Part shown: piece by piece, positions 11,391 to 22,960 of the stretch
Layout: each line of letters starts with the position of its first letter
Numbering within the stretch: position 1 is the first letter of the stretch
Source of the DNA: Octopus bimaculoides
Taxonomy: Eukaryota
Length of the DNA stretch: 64,000 nucleotides
Reading direction: 5' to 3'
Assembly (NCBI RefSeq): GCF_001194135.2
Contig: NC_068990.1
Location: forward strand, 87,884,035-87,948,034
Made by a program: the position numbers and the translations under genes
The notes under the pieces: generated by a model
What the model was told of the DNA's origin: nothing
The model's input: the letters and a program-made list of their open reading frames with translations, nothing else
Databases searched by the model: none

Positions 11391-12238
11391 TGTCATACTC
11401 ATAATATGACAGGTGAAAGGGGTGCTGATAGTGACAGCAGGGTGGTTTTTATGATGATAGTGGCACTAGTAATAATAATATGGTGATGGCGGTAGTAGCC
11501 ACCACTAATATTTGTATCACTGTTACCACTATCTTTACTGTTATTATCAGTTCTGGGTGGCAGCAGTAGAAGGAGAGGAGTGGGTAACCCTAAAATATGG
11601 ATGAACCACCAACAACTGAAGCTCTCAGCCTGATTTTCACTCCCATATGCAGCTCTTTCATCTCATTTATTTAATTAAGGCCCTTGACAAAAGTTTGGAC
11701 ATCACAGCATTTCGGTTTTTCATTTCCTCACAAAACAGACTGTCAACCTGTTAGAAATAACAGCGAAATTCCTCTCACATAACACTCTGCCACCGTTTTG
11801 AAAGGACACAAACTGTACAAAAAGATGGGATAGAGGCAGTCATGGCTGGAACACCTCTGATCATACATCATAGATCTAATTGATTGAGATGACTTGGGGT
11901 TGAGCGAAAACACCTGCTGGTTTGCACCTTTACGAGAAATGCACAAAATATAATTGATATAATTATCATATTACTGAAAAGCTGTGTTTCTCTGTGTGTG
12001 TGTGTGTGTGTGTTTGTGTTTGTGTGTGCGTGTGCACGAGCATGTGTGTACATATGTGTGTACATGTGTCCTTATATATATATATATATATATATATAGG
12101 TTTGTAAGAGGGTGGGTGTTTTCTATTGTGTAAGTAATAACTGATTTTGCAAGTTTTATGTCCAGTGTTTACTGATGAATGAAATTATAATCTTTTTATA
12201 GACTTTTATTTGTGTGTCTGTATATATTACAAATTAAA

Positions 12239-12290
<52 letters not shown>

Positions 12291-12466
12291 NNNNNNNNNN
12301 NNNNNNNNNNNNNNNNNNNNNNNNNNNNNNNNNNNNNNNNNNNNNNNNNNNNNNNNNNNNNNNNNNNNNNNNNAGAGAGGATTAAATATTTATATCTAAT
12401 ATATATACACAGCTATACATACAAAAGATTATTATACACACACATATGTGCATGCATATGTGTGTG

Positions 12467-12510
<44 letters not shown>

Positions 12511-12795
12511 ATATCTTTATCTGATGAATACAAACAAAAGTGATTACTCAATAGTAAGTTAATAGAGTGGAAATGTATTAAAGAGGAGACATTCACAATA
12601 AATTATTGATTGAAATGTTTGTCACTGAGTGAGCTAAACTGGATATTGGATTCTATGTGTGTGTGCGCGCGTGCATAAAAGCATGTTGCATGCATATATG
12701 TTTTTCTACGCATATATAAAGTAACCACTAGAGCCACTTTACTACAAACCTCCTATGCAACAAGTACCCCTGGGTATTTTTCCCCATTCTTTTAA

Positions 12796-12830
<35 letters not shown>

Positions 12831-13133
12831 AACCAGGCAGCTATTTGCAGCATCAGTAAATGTTTTATTTATTTTTATCCTATATCAAAGGTAATGAACT
12901 CTTGTCTAAGCACGTGGCTGGCTACAAATACATGCCAATGGAAAGGCCCAAAAAGATCAAAATGCTCCTGGCATTCTCACTGGCCTCTAAGAGGACAAAT
13001 TCTCGTTTCCCTCTGGTAATTATTGTATTTTAAACACAGCAAGGCCATAAGAGACGTTATCTCAGGACAAATACTGCAGTAAGTGACCAATTGACAGAAC
13101 ATATACATTAAGTATGACACATAGATGGATATA

Positions 13134-14271
13134 CAGGGTGTGTCAGATTTCTGAGGACATTTGTATGAATTTAGAAAAGGACGCATAGCTCATCAAAGAA
13201 AAACTCTATTTGAAAGTGAATTGATACAAATAATCATGAATGCACTGTAAACATCGATGACTGTTGCTTCAATATAGGGTCAGAACTGTTGACCTGCCTG
13301 AATCAAATGATCTTTATATCAATTTTGGACATATTGCTGGTTATGTTAGTATGGTGTTATGGGGTTGTTTGACCTTCCTCTCAGCTATGCCCTATATGTA
13401 ATAGTCCAATGGATTGAGGTCTGGTGAGCTAGGAGGTCATGTGTCTGAGAGAATATGATAATGGAGATTGGCACACATCCATGCTTGGGTTGTCCTAGCC
13501 TTATGAGACAGTGCAGAGCATTGTTGGAAGACATGGTTTTCTGTTGTATATGCTGTCTACCCAGAGCTTCACAACTTTCTCCATCTCCATCATTACTCAT
13601 TACTCCCAGAATCATAACAGCTGGTGGGAACTTAGTATGCATGACCATTGGAATCTTATTTGGGTCTCTGTATAACCATCTGTCATTCCTTCAGTTTACC
13701 TTTTGGCCCTGATTGAAGTTTTTCTCTTCATAGAAAAACCAAAGCAGTCCAGCCTCTTTGTGTTTTAACTTGTTTAGCAGGCACTTTGCATGGATCAAGG
13801 GATTCCCTCTACTGTTCCCTCTACATCACATACAACTTGTACTGGATGTCCTCATGCACAACTTTTCTGATGGTGCATTCTGAAACCTTGAGGTCCTTTG
13901 CAATGGCTCTGATTGACTTTCCAGGGTTTATATCGATTATTTATTGGACATTTTGTACAAAGTTATCTGTTCTGATGGCATTAGGACTTTATGCTTGCAT
14001 TTTGTGTTTAGCTGCTGATGTTGAATTTCCTTCAGCAGCTTCCAGCTTCTTTCGAACTTTGACAAAGAAGGATTGAGAAACTTTCAGCAAGTGAGCTAGT
14101 TCTGTGTCACTATGTAGCATTTTAAAGGCAATGATTACAGCATGCTCTGTCACTTTGCTGAGTTAACCTGATGTCTGACATTATTTATCTGAAAAATAAG
14201 GGAAGAGGAAATAAGTTAGAAGAAAGTTAGAGCTCTTCAAAGAGGTGTCCTCAAAAAACTGACACACCCTC
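13134..14271 (-). mobile_element. Decayed IS630-Tc1-mariner transposon (maT/DD37D-like) with both TIRs
   Basis: 26-bp TIRs CAGGGTGTGTCAGATTTCTGAGGACA (13134-13159, preceded by TA) and TGTCCTCAAAAAACTGACACACCCTC (14246-14271). The minus-strand transposase relic starts at an ATG at 14181: ...PGKSIRAIAKDLKVSECTIRKVVHEDI...KNFNQ...NDRWL...VMHTKFPPAVMILGVMSNDG...FQQCSALSHKARTTQAWM...PPSSPDLNPLDYY. It has stops, frameshifts and an internal deletion. Confidence 0.9.
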
Positions 14272-14313
<42 letters not shown>

Positions 14314-15684
14314 TACATGTACATAGAAGTATACATGGTAATAGTGATGGTCTACAATGGAGATGGTTGTAGAAGCTGGAGGTGGTGGTGGTGGTGGTGG
14401 TGGTGGTGNNNNNNNNNNNNNNNNNNNNNNNNNNNNNNNNNNNNNNNNNNNNNNNNNNNNNNNNNNNNNNNNNNNNNNNNNNNNNNNNNNNNNNNNNNNN
14501 NNNNNNNNNNNNNNNNNNNNNNNNNNNNNNNNNNNNNNNNNNNNNNNNNNNNNNNNNNNNNNNNNNNNNNNNNNNNNNNNNNNNNNNNNNNNNNNNNNNN
14601 NNNNNNNNNNNNNNNNNNNNNNNNNNNNNNNNNNNNNNNNNNNNNNNNNNNNNNNNNNNNNNNNNNNNNNNNNNNNNNNNNNNNNNNNNNNNNNNNNNNN
14701 NNNNNNNNNNNNNNNNNNNNNNNNNNNNNNNNNNNNNNNNNNNNNNNNNNNNNNNNNNNNNNNNNNNNNNNNNNNNNNNNNNNNNNNNNNNNNNNNNNNN
14801 NNNNNNNNNNNNNNNNNNNNNNNNNNNNNNNNNNNNNNNNNNNNNNNNNNNNNNNNNNNNNNNNNNNTGGAGGTGGTGGTGGTGGTGGTGGTGGTGGTGG
14901 TGGTTCAGAGATTTGTGGTTGGTTTGAGTGCACTCAAGTAATATGGAGAGAACACTGGAGGTGAATGTGTACGGAAGAGAAAGGTATTAATGGTATGGAT
15001 TAAAACTGTCCCTACCACCTCTCCATCGTCAAAACCTCCTGTTGTTAATGTTAATGTGTTTGTAGTGGTTATATTGTCAATGTGAAGAAATTAGTGGTGG
15101 TGGTCACAGTATGGAAAGAAACCATTGTGGACAATAGTATTTGTTGTTATTTAACTTTAAGTCAGCCTTCCAGCTCTGACCATTTATGTTATTTTGAAAC
15201 AATATCCAATGTATCCATCCTTGTTGTTATTTGTTCGCACTTGATCAGTCCTGATCCAGCAAACCTATGATCAAAGATATTCTTCCCTTGACCATCCTGC
15301 TTGATTTTTTACACAGTATATCTAGGATTATATTATACAATGTGCCCTTTCCTTTTTTTCAAAATGGTAGGGACTTTTTTGTATTTTCCAGTCATAGTAT
15401 ATTCCAGATTACATTTTCTAGTGTTCTTTTGTTAAGACAGTTAGTTAAGGTTTGAGAGAGATTTTGCCGTTATTTCTAGCAGATTAAATGACTCTGTGGT
15501 GGTTTCCTCGCTGTTCTTTGTTGCTGGTAGTAAATGTTAAATATATTTCCTAAACCCATTAAATAGCTGGAGCTAACTCTCTGGTTTAATAACACTGAGT
15601 AAATGAAGTGGGAATATTCTCTTGAACAGGACACCAGTCTGTCTTGATTAAATGTTCTGGTACCTACTGCCAACAGCTGATTAA

Positions 15685-15907
15685 CCCTTTTGATACCAGC
15701 CTGGCTGAAACTGTCTCTGGTCCTGTAGTACAAATGTCTTGTTTTCAAAAGTTCTGAATTAAAATCTTCCATCAAACCTTAGTCACAACTTATGTTCCTA
15801 ACACTAGCTTAATGATAACTAAGTTGTTTTACTTAAATTATTTGTTATATTTAAAATTAATCAAAAGAAACACAGAGCAAATCAACAGAAATATAGTAAC
15901 AAAAGGG
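15685..15907. mobile_element. piggyBac-type MITE (223 bp)
   Basis: TTAA|CCCTTTTGATAC ... GTAACAAAAGGG|TTAA: 12-bp TIRs (11/12) with TTAA duplications. Confidence 0.88.
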
Positions 15908-16759
15908 TTAAGTTGTGCCACATAAACATGAGCTGCTGCTGTTATTGGTGGTAGTGGTAGTGGTGATGGCAACAACAGCATTTTGCCTCAAGACAGCCCA
16001 GATTGAGCTGACCTTGTAAATAGGATCAAGCTCTGATGGGGCAAATTAAGATCAAGGGCATGTCCTTTAAAACAGTATGTTTTCATCTGTGGGAGATTTG
16101 AAGTGTATTACACAAATATAAAGTGAAATTCCTACAATGTATATGAACTGTTGCTCTTGTATCCAATTTGTCCCAATCATCCCACCACTACGAGTAGTAA
16201 TGTTAATGGGACTCATGAATCCAGGAGATCTTCACAGTTGTGTCCTTAGTTTTGCCTTCATGTTATTGGCTAGATGAATCTAGATCTCATCTCTCATACT
16301 CCTGGATAGGACTCCAGTCTGTCACAGATAACATCTAAAACAATAATTGAAATTATTCCCTATCAGACACCAGCAGATACTTTTCTTAGTATCTACTGAT
16401 GTCTAATTATCTATTGATAATCTTGAGAAGTTCTTTCCAGAATAATATTTCAGATTATTTAGTGGTTGCTTTTCCTGCCAACAGCTTGATGAGCTTCCAG
16501 GTTAAGATTAAGATTAGATATAAGTTTAGATCTAAGATTAGGGTTAGGGTTATTATTAATTATCTTTACACAGAGTTAAGGGTAGAGTTAGAGTTATTGT
16601 CATATATTAAGCCAAGTAAGCTAAATAAAGGATTTGCAGACAAAAATATCAAAAAGACAAGTACCTGTCTGCCTTCTTTTAAGAAAAACTATCTGCAAAA
16701 CAATCAATTTCTTCTTAATTTTAGTGTATTGTGCTTGACTTCATTATAAATAATGACCA

Positions 16760-16960
16760 TCTTTTATCTTTTACTTGTTTCAGTCATTAGACTGTGGCCA
16801 TGCTGTGGCACCACCTTGAAAAATTTTAGTCAAATAAATAGACCCCGGCACTTTTCTTAAGCCTAGTACTTATTCAGTTGGTTCCTTTTGCCAAACCGTT
16901 AAGTTACGGAGATGTAAACACACCAACACCTGTTGTCAAGTGGGGTTGGGAACAAACACT
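16760..16960 (-). mobile_element. SINE-like family B
   Basis: Reverse complement of the ...GGTGCTCCAGCATGGCCACAGTCAAATGACTGAAACAAGTAAAAG 3' end. Other copies: + at about 9160-9215, 28985-29232, 57355-57515, 61900-62000; - at about 7185-7290, 50300-50400. Confidence 0.7.
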
Positions 16961-16987
16961 GACACAAAGAAACACACACACACATAG

Positions 16988-17024
<37 letters not shown>

Positions 17025-17515
17025 ACAGACTTCTTCCAGTTTCCATCTACCAAATCCAGTCATAAGCCTTTGATGGCTGGGGGTTATAGTAGAAGACACC
17101 TGCCCAAGTGAGACTGAACCTGGAACCATGTGGTTGAGAATCAGACTTCTCACCACACAGCCACACCTGCACCTATTGTAGGTATACAGTATTGTAGATA
17201 CAGACATCATACAGATATAGTTTTAAAAAAAAAAGTAAATAGATGGAGGCAAAATAGGCAAAAAGAACTCAAAAGTAAAAATATTATGGAACATACTATC
17301 ATCATCTTCATCATTTGATGGCTGTTTTTCCGTGCTGGTATGGATCGGCTGGGTCTCACAACATCTTGTTATTCATCTCACTCCATTGTACAGGAATCCC
17401 CACTATCACTTTTAACAAAGCAAAGCAGGAGGTGTTCCTCTCTCTGTACACACACACACATAAATATATATATATATATATATATTTAAATACACACACA
17501 CACGCACACACATGA

Positions 17516-18432
17516 TTCCATATATAGGAATATCTACAGCAAGTGGTGTTCTTAACACTAACAAAAGAGGTTGTGTGGTAGATGGGGCTGAAACCATTTT
17601 GTGGAGAAGGTGCTTTCTCCTTGTGAATTTGTTAAAAAGTGGGTGACTATAGCATAAATGGTGAATGGAACTACTTCAAACATGTTTTGTAGATTGGAGA
17701 ACAACTGTTGAATGAAGACTTGTGCTGTTAGTGGTCAGGTCAATCACTAATATGTGGGGTTTCTTCATTGGTCCTAAGTGAAGGTTCTGTATCAGAAGAA
17801 CTGCACCATACTTGTGTTCTCATATTTTGCATATTTTGTATATTTTTGTATCTTCTTTCTACTTCTTCTCACACTTTTCTCATCTTTTTATGTAAATCCC
17901 CACACAAATTGTAAAACTGTCCTTGTAATGTTGCTCTCATCTGATGTCCCTGTGGCAAATAAAAGAAATTGTTGCTGCTATTATTGTTATGTGACAGAAA
18001 TGGCTATATTTCTTTAGTTACTTGCCTACTTCACAAACGTAATTATTACCCAGCCAAGTGTGATAGCCTAAATATCATATGCATCACATTAATATTAGAA
18101 ATATTGGAGAAAGAAGAATGCTTGAAGAATACATATACATATTATATATATATANNNNNNNNNNNNNNNNNNNNNNNNNNNNNNNNNNNNNNNNNNNNNN
18201 NNNNNNNNNNNNNNNNNNNNNNNNNNNNNNNNNNNNNNNNNNNNNNNATATATACACACACATACACACACATTAATATTGGAATTATTGGAGAAAAAAA
18301 AATATATATATATACACACACACACATATGCGCACACATATATATATCTAAATACACACATACATATACACATACATGTTATATTCCATATCTAAGAATA
18401 CCTACAGCAAGTGGTGTTCTTAACACTAACAA
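17516..18432 (+). repeat. 49-bp direct repeat pair (17516-17564 and 18384-18432)
   Basis: TTCCATAT(A/C)TA(G/A)GAATA(T/C)CTACAGCAAGTGGTGTTCTTAACACTAACAA, 46/49 identical, with different downstream flanks. Confidence 0.85.
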
Positions 18433-18612
18433 TTAAAGTGCACACATGTTGTATGCCAAGATTTCTGACTTTCATCAAGTCTGCTTTTAGTGAGATATTC
18501 AAAGACTGTTGTTGGTAGTCAGTATAATTATAAAATGATCAGAAACAGCAAAGAAAAGTTACACAGAATCCAATTGAAAAAATCTTTTTAGATTAGTACA
18601 ACTACTATTTAC

Positions 18613-18645
<33 letters not shown>

Positions 18646-18803
18646 CCTTTCTACTGTAGGCACAAGGCCTGAAATTTGATCGACCCCAGTACGCAACTGT
18701 TACTTAATTTATCGACCCCGAAAGGATGAAAGGCAAAGTCGACCTTGGCAGAATTTGAACTCAGAACATAAAGATGGGGAAAATGCTGCTCAGCATTTTG
18801 ACC
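18646..18803 (-). mobile_element. tRNA-derived SINE, family A (5'-degenerate copy)
   Basis: Reverse complement of GAGTTCAAATTCTGCCAAGGTCGACTTTGCCTTTCATCCTTTCGGGGTCGATAAATTAAGTA...GTAGAAAGG, next to (TAA)n at 18613-18645. Confidence 0.85.
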
Positions 18804-19231
18804 CCAAAACCTCATCATTGTGAAGTTGTTAAGCAAACTTCTAAACCACACAGCCATGATTGTGGCTATTCATATTGTGTTATGCAAAAGAAAAAATTAA
18901 TAATAATAATAATAATAATGATGATGATAACAATAACAATGGTGATTATGACGTAAACGTGGGTGGCACTAAAAGCTTTTAAAGAATATGATGCTTGTAG
19001 ATAGACAGCTCCCTTATTTGAAATCTAGTTCAGATTTCTGTCAATTTAGGACACTAATATCTATAAAGAAATAAGCCATAACATTAAAGTAATATCTGAT
19101 ATAAAAAGCAAAGCAAGGTGAATATCTCTTTGAAACAAACAAACAATATTTATATTTATTCAATAATTCTTCAGATATTGATATATTGATAGATGTGTAA
19201 ACAAGGTGTAACATATTGTATGGATCAGGTC

Positions 19232-19291
<60 letters not shown>

Positions 19292-19339
19292 NNNNNNNNN
19301 NNNNNNNNNNNNNNNNNNNNNNNNNNNNNNNNNNNNNNN

Positions 19340-19403
<64 letters not shown>

Positions 19404-19939
19404 CTCCTCTCTCACATGCATGTGTATCAAGTAGTTTTGCATACTTAACTGTTTCCTACTTCAATATATGATGACTTAATGCTATCGTTGTTGTTATTTA
19501 GTCCCAGGCCATCTCCAATCCAGCAGGCTTATAGTTAAAACATTCCAACCACGACCATTCCAACTTATATTCAGACTATATGGGTTTCATTATCAAATGT
19601 GTCCTATTTTCAAGATGGCAGTGTGTAATTGGAGAGGAATTTGACTACTATTAGATTAAATGACTATACAAAAGGATCCTTCATTGGCTCACTCTTAATT
19701 CTGTTGTTGATTAATCTCAGGACCATAAGCTCAGAAACAGGGGGTGCAGGAGATGCAAGCATATCCCCTAAAGTTTTGGAGGTGCTTTGAACATCTTCCT
19801 GAAAAACTTCATCTCCAAAACAGTGTAGAAATATTTTTGGATTGATTTGAAACATTATTTCTCCACTATTGGACCTATCTGATTTAACTGATGTACAAAT
19901 ATTATAATAATAATAATAATTATTATTATTATTATTATT

Positions 19940-20415
19940 TTCATATACACTCAACAGATTAAGCTGTTGGAAAAGAAAAAATCCTAACATCAGGCTACAA
20001 CAAGTAACCTTAGATGCCAAGAACCCTCCTATCAGGCTACAAGTAAGCTTAGATGCCAAAAATCCTCCTAAGTATCTTAGGTCTCCCTAATAACACTGGT
20101 TTCTGGAGCTGTACTAAACTAGGTTGTATGCCTATTTCCTCTATCCATCTGTTCAGATCTTTAGGGATAGTTCCCAATGCACCTATAACTACTGGGATAC
20201 ATTTTACCTGCACATTCCATAGTCGCAGTAATTGAATAGTCAGGTCCTAGTACTTTGCTATTTTCTCTATACTTCTCATATTAATGTTTTCATCATTTGG
20301 GACTGTAAAGTCAATTATCTGGCACTTTCTATTCTCTTTATCTACTACTACCAAATCAAGCCTTCTACCGTCTATTACTCTGTTAGTCTGAATGTTAAAG
20401 TCCCACAACATCTTG
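19940..20415 (-). mobile_element. R4-clade (RLE) non-LTR retrotransposon 3' fragment, family 2
   Basis: Minus strand reads LWDFNIQTNRVIDGRRLDLVVVDKENRKCQIIDFTVPNDENINMRSIEKIAKY*DLTIQLLRLWNVQVKCIPVVIGALGTIPKDLNRWIEEIGIQPSLVQLQKPVLLGRPKILRRIFGI* (stop at 20049-20051). This is a PD-(D/E)xK-type endonuclease region, followed by a short 3' UTR and a (TAA)n tail. Confidence 0.9.
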
Positions 20416-20931
20416 TATATATATATATATGGCCCACAATACAGCATTTAATACAAACAAAAACTGAGAAATTTTTCTCCAAAATTATTTCAAATTTTAA
20501 GTACGCAATAGTAGGATATATATTTTTGAATTTTTTTTTTTTTTCTCACATTATAAAAAAAAAAAAAGAAGGGGTTATGAAGCGTTGTTGATTTGAGTTG
20601 CAGTGATGAAAGGTTAGCAAACTGTTGGCTTAGGGGAACCAACTTCCTGTTACTGCTAATAAATCTCAGTATGTTCACAGCTTTGCTTTAATCGAATTAA
20701 AGTACAGATTATGGCTGACATGGCTCAACAAATATAGTCATGATCAGATTAAAGAAAATTTTATTAAAACACTGACTTGTTTACATAACAAGCTTGTTTA
20801 ACTACATCTCTTTAAGCTCATCAAGAAAATCTTCATTATCAGTTTTCAAACAACATAGATGGCATACATTCAAACTAACACCCAATCTGTGTCTCCATCT
20901 TTATTATTATCATTATCATTATTATTATTAC

Positions 20932-20975
<44 letters not shown>

Positions 20976-20978
<3 letters not shown>

Positions 20979-21940
20979 GGGTGGTGAGCTGGCAGAATTG
21001 TTAGCACGCTGGGCAAAATGCTTAGTGGTATTTTGTCTTTCTCTGTGTTCTGAGTTACAATTCTGCAGCAGTCATCTTTGCCTTTCATCCTTTCGGGGTC
21101 GATAAAATAAGTACCAGTTGAGCACTGGGGTTGATGTAATCAACTATCCCCCTCCCATAAAATTGCTGGCTTCATGCCAAAATTTGAAATCATTATTATT
21201 ATTATTATTATTTAATCCTTTTATCTCAGGTTCTGTTGTAACTCCTGGAGTCTTGCATGCATAGCAGGCTTGCTGCCCACATTATGGTTATTATTATAAT
21301 TAGGGTGGTAAGTGAGCAGAATCATTAGAACACCAGACAAAATGCTTTGCTGCGTTTCTTTGGACTCTTCATGTTCTGAGTTCAAATTTCACCGGAGTTG
21401 ACATTGCTTTCAGGACTTACATCGACCGCAGTCAAGTACTGGGATTGATGTAATCAAATGACCCTTTCCCCCTAAAAATTTCTGGCCTTGTGCCAAAAAT
21501 TTTAAAGAAATATTATCATTGTTAAAGTGATGAGCTGGTAGAATCATTAGCGCTTTGGGCATAATGCTTAATGGCTTTTCTTCCAACTCTTTATTTTCTG
21601 AGTTCAAATTCCACTGAGGTTGACTTTGCCTTTCATCTTTTCAGGGTCAATAAAATAAGTACCAGATGAACCCTAGGGTTGATGTAGTCAACAATCCAAC
21701 TCCTCCAAAACTATTTGCTTTATGCCTGTTACTTGAAAGAAGTATTATTTTAGAGGGCAGTGGGTTGGCAAATCATCAGATTATTGGAAGTAATGTCTTG
21801 CTGTATTCCCTCCGGTTCATTACATTCTGAGTTCAAATCCTGGCAAAATTTGCCTTTCATCCTTTCAGGGTCAGTAAAATTCTAGGGGGTCAATATAATT
21901 AACTGTTTCCCACTCCCTAAATTTCTAGCTTAGTAAGAAA
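20976..21940 (+). mobile_element. Head-to-tail cluster of four family-A SINEs
   Basis: Copies at about 20976-21191, 21302-21510, 21524-21742 and 21753-21940. Each has a GAGCTGGCAGAA-like head and a GAGTTCAAAT B-box, with ATT-rich spacers between them. Confidence 0.85.
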
Positions 21941-22120
21941 TTATTCCTATTAATTTTTTCACCAGTTTTATGTGAATGCCTCATGCATCAGCAAGGTGCA
22001 TCTTTGTGTTCCTTTGCTATGTGCAACATTGTCTCCTGTCAATGTAGAATTGCGTTTGTATAAAATTTGCTTGGTTATTTGTGCCGTTACTTTAGTGCTT
22101 CATCTATCTGTAGTATAAAC

Positions 22121-22960
22121 CAGTTATTCACAGCCTTTTCATGTACTCATGCTCTCTTTTTAAACCTGAATTTCCTTTGTGGCCCCTCATAGGCACCTTT
22201 AGTTTGTAAAAAAATCTCTTTTACCATGTGCAATGTTTATTAATTATAGTTGTATCATATAAAAATAAGCGTTATAGTGTACAAAAAGAAATTTCTATTT
22301 CTATGAAGACAATTATATGTTAGCAAACAAAATTCTATAAAAACATAAAACCTTAAGAACTGCTACAAATTAACTTTATTAACGTGTACTTTACCTACCA
22401 AAAATTCTAAGAAACAAAATATATAGCAATAAATATTCTTATGATTGGCACTTAATTCACTGTGAGTCTTATGCCTGATGCAAACTTGGAAGCTTTTCAA
22501 TATTTCACTGCAGTGTTGTTAATGACAAACGATCACCTCTCCTTACAATATCAAGGTTGCTGCGAACTCTTAATAGAAGGTAAGTCACACAGCAAACCAG
22601 ATTTAACAAGATAAAAAGTAGGAAAAGTAATAACATACAACGTTTCTTTCTTCATTAGTAGTGGAAACTTCTTAGCAATTTTATTACTTTTCTGTAAATT
22701 ATGTTTGCCATATTTGAAACTAGCTTGAGGTGTTTTATTAGGCTGTAAGTCAGCAAGGTTTTTAATGTTAATATCAGTTGTGTTTACCCCAAATGGATTC
22801 ACCACTCAATCTGGATGATTCATCTCTACTAAATCACTGAACTTTCAGTTCACTGTATGAATGCATCAAAGACCCACACAAAATAAGCAGAAAGATTCTC
22901 ACCTTGCAGCTTCGTGTCAATCGTACCAGGGTTAGAAATTATACCAACTTGTGGTATCTT
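22121..22960 (-). mobile_element. hAT (Charlie/Buster-like) transposase C-terminal relic with a terminal repeat
   Basis: Minus strand reads VNPFGVNTTDINIKNLADLQ...KKFPLLMKKETLYVITFPTFYLVKSG and, after a frameshift, RVRSNLDIVRRGDRLSLTTLQ*NIEKLPSLHQA*DSQ*, resembling the hAT dimerisation domain (FPTSYLVExGFS...RNRLDI...HQxQxSH). CAGTTATTCACAGCCTTT at 22121 resembles a CAGTGGTTCCCAACCTTT-type TIR. Confidence 0.75.

Noticed and set aside
20794-21940. CRISPR-like array of repeated units
   Set aside because: The units are diverged SINE copies of about 200 bp separated by ATT tracts in eukaryotic DNA, with no cas genes.
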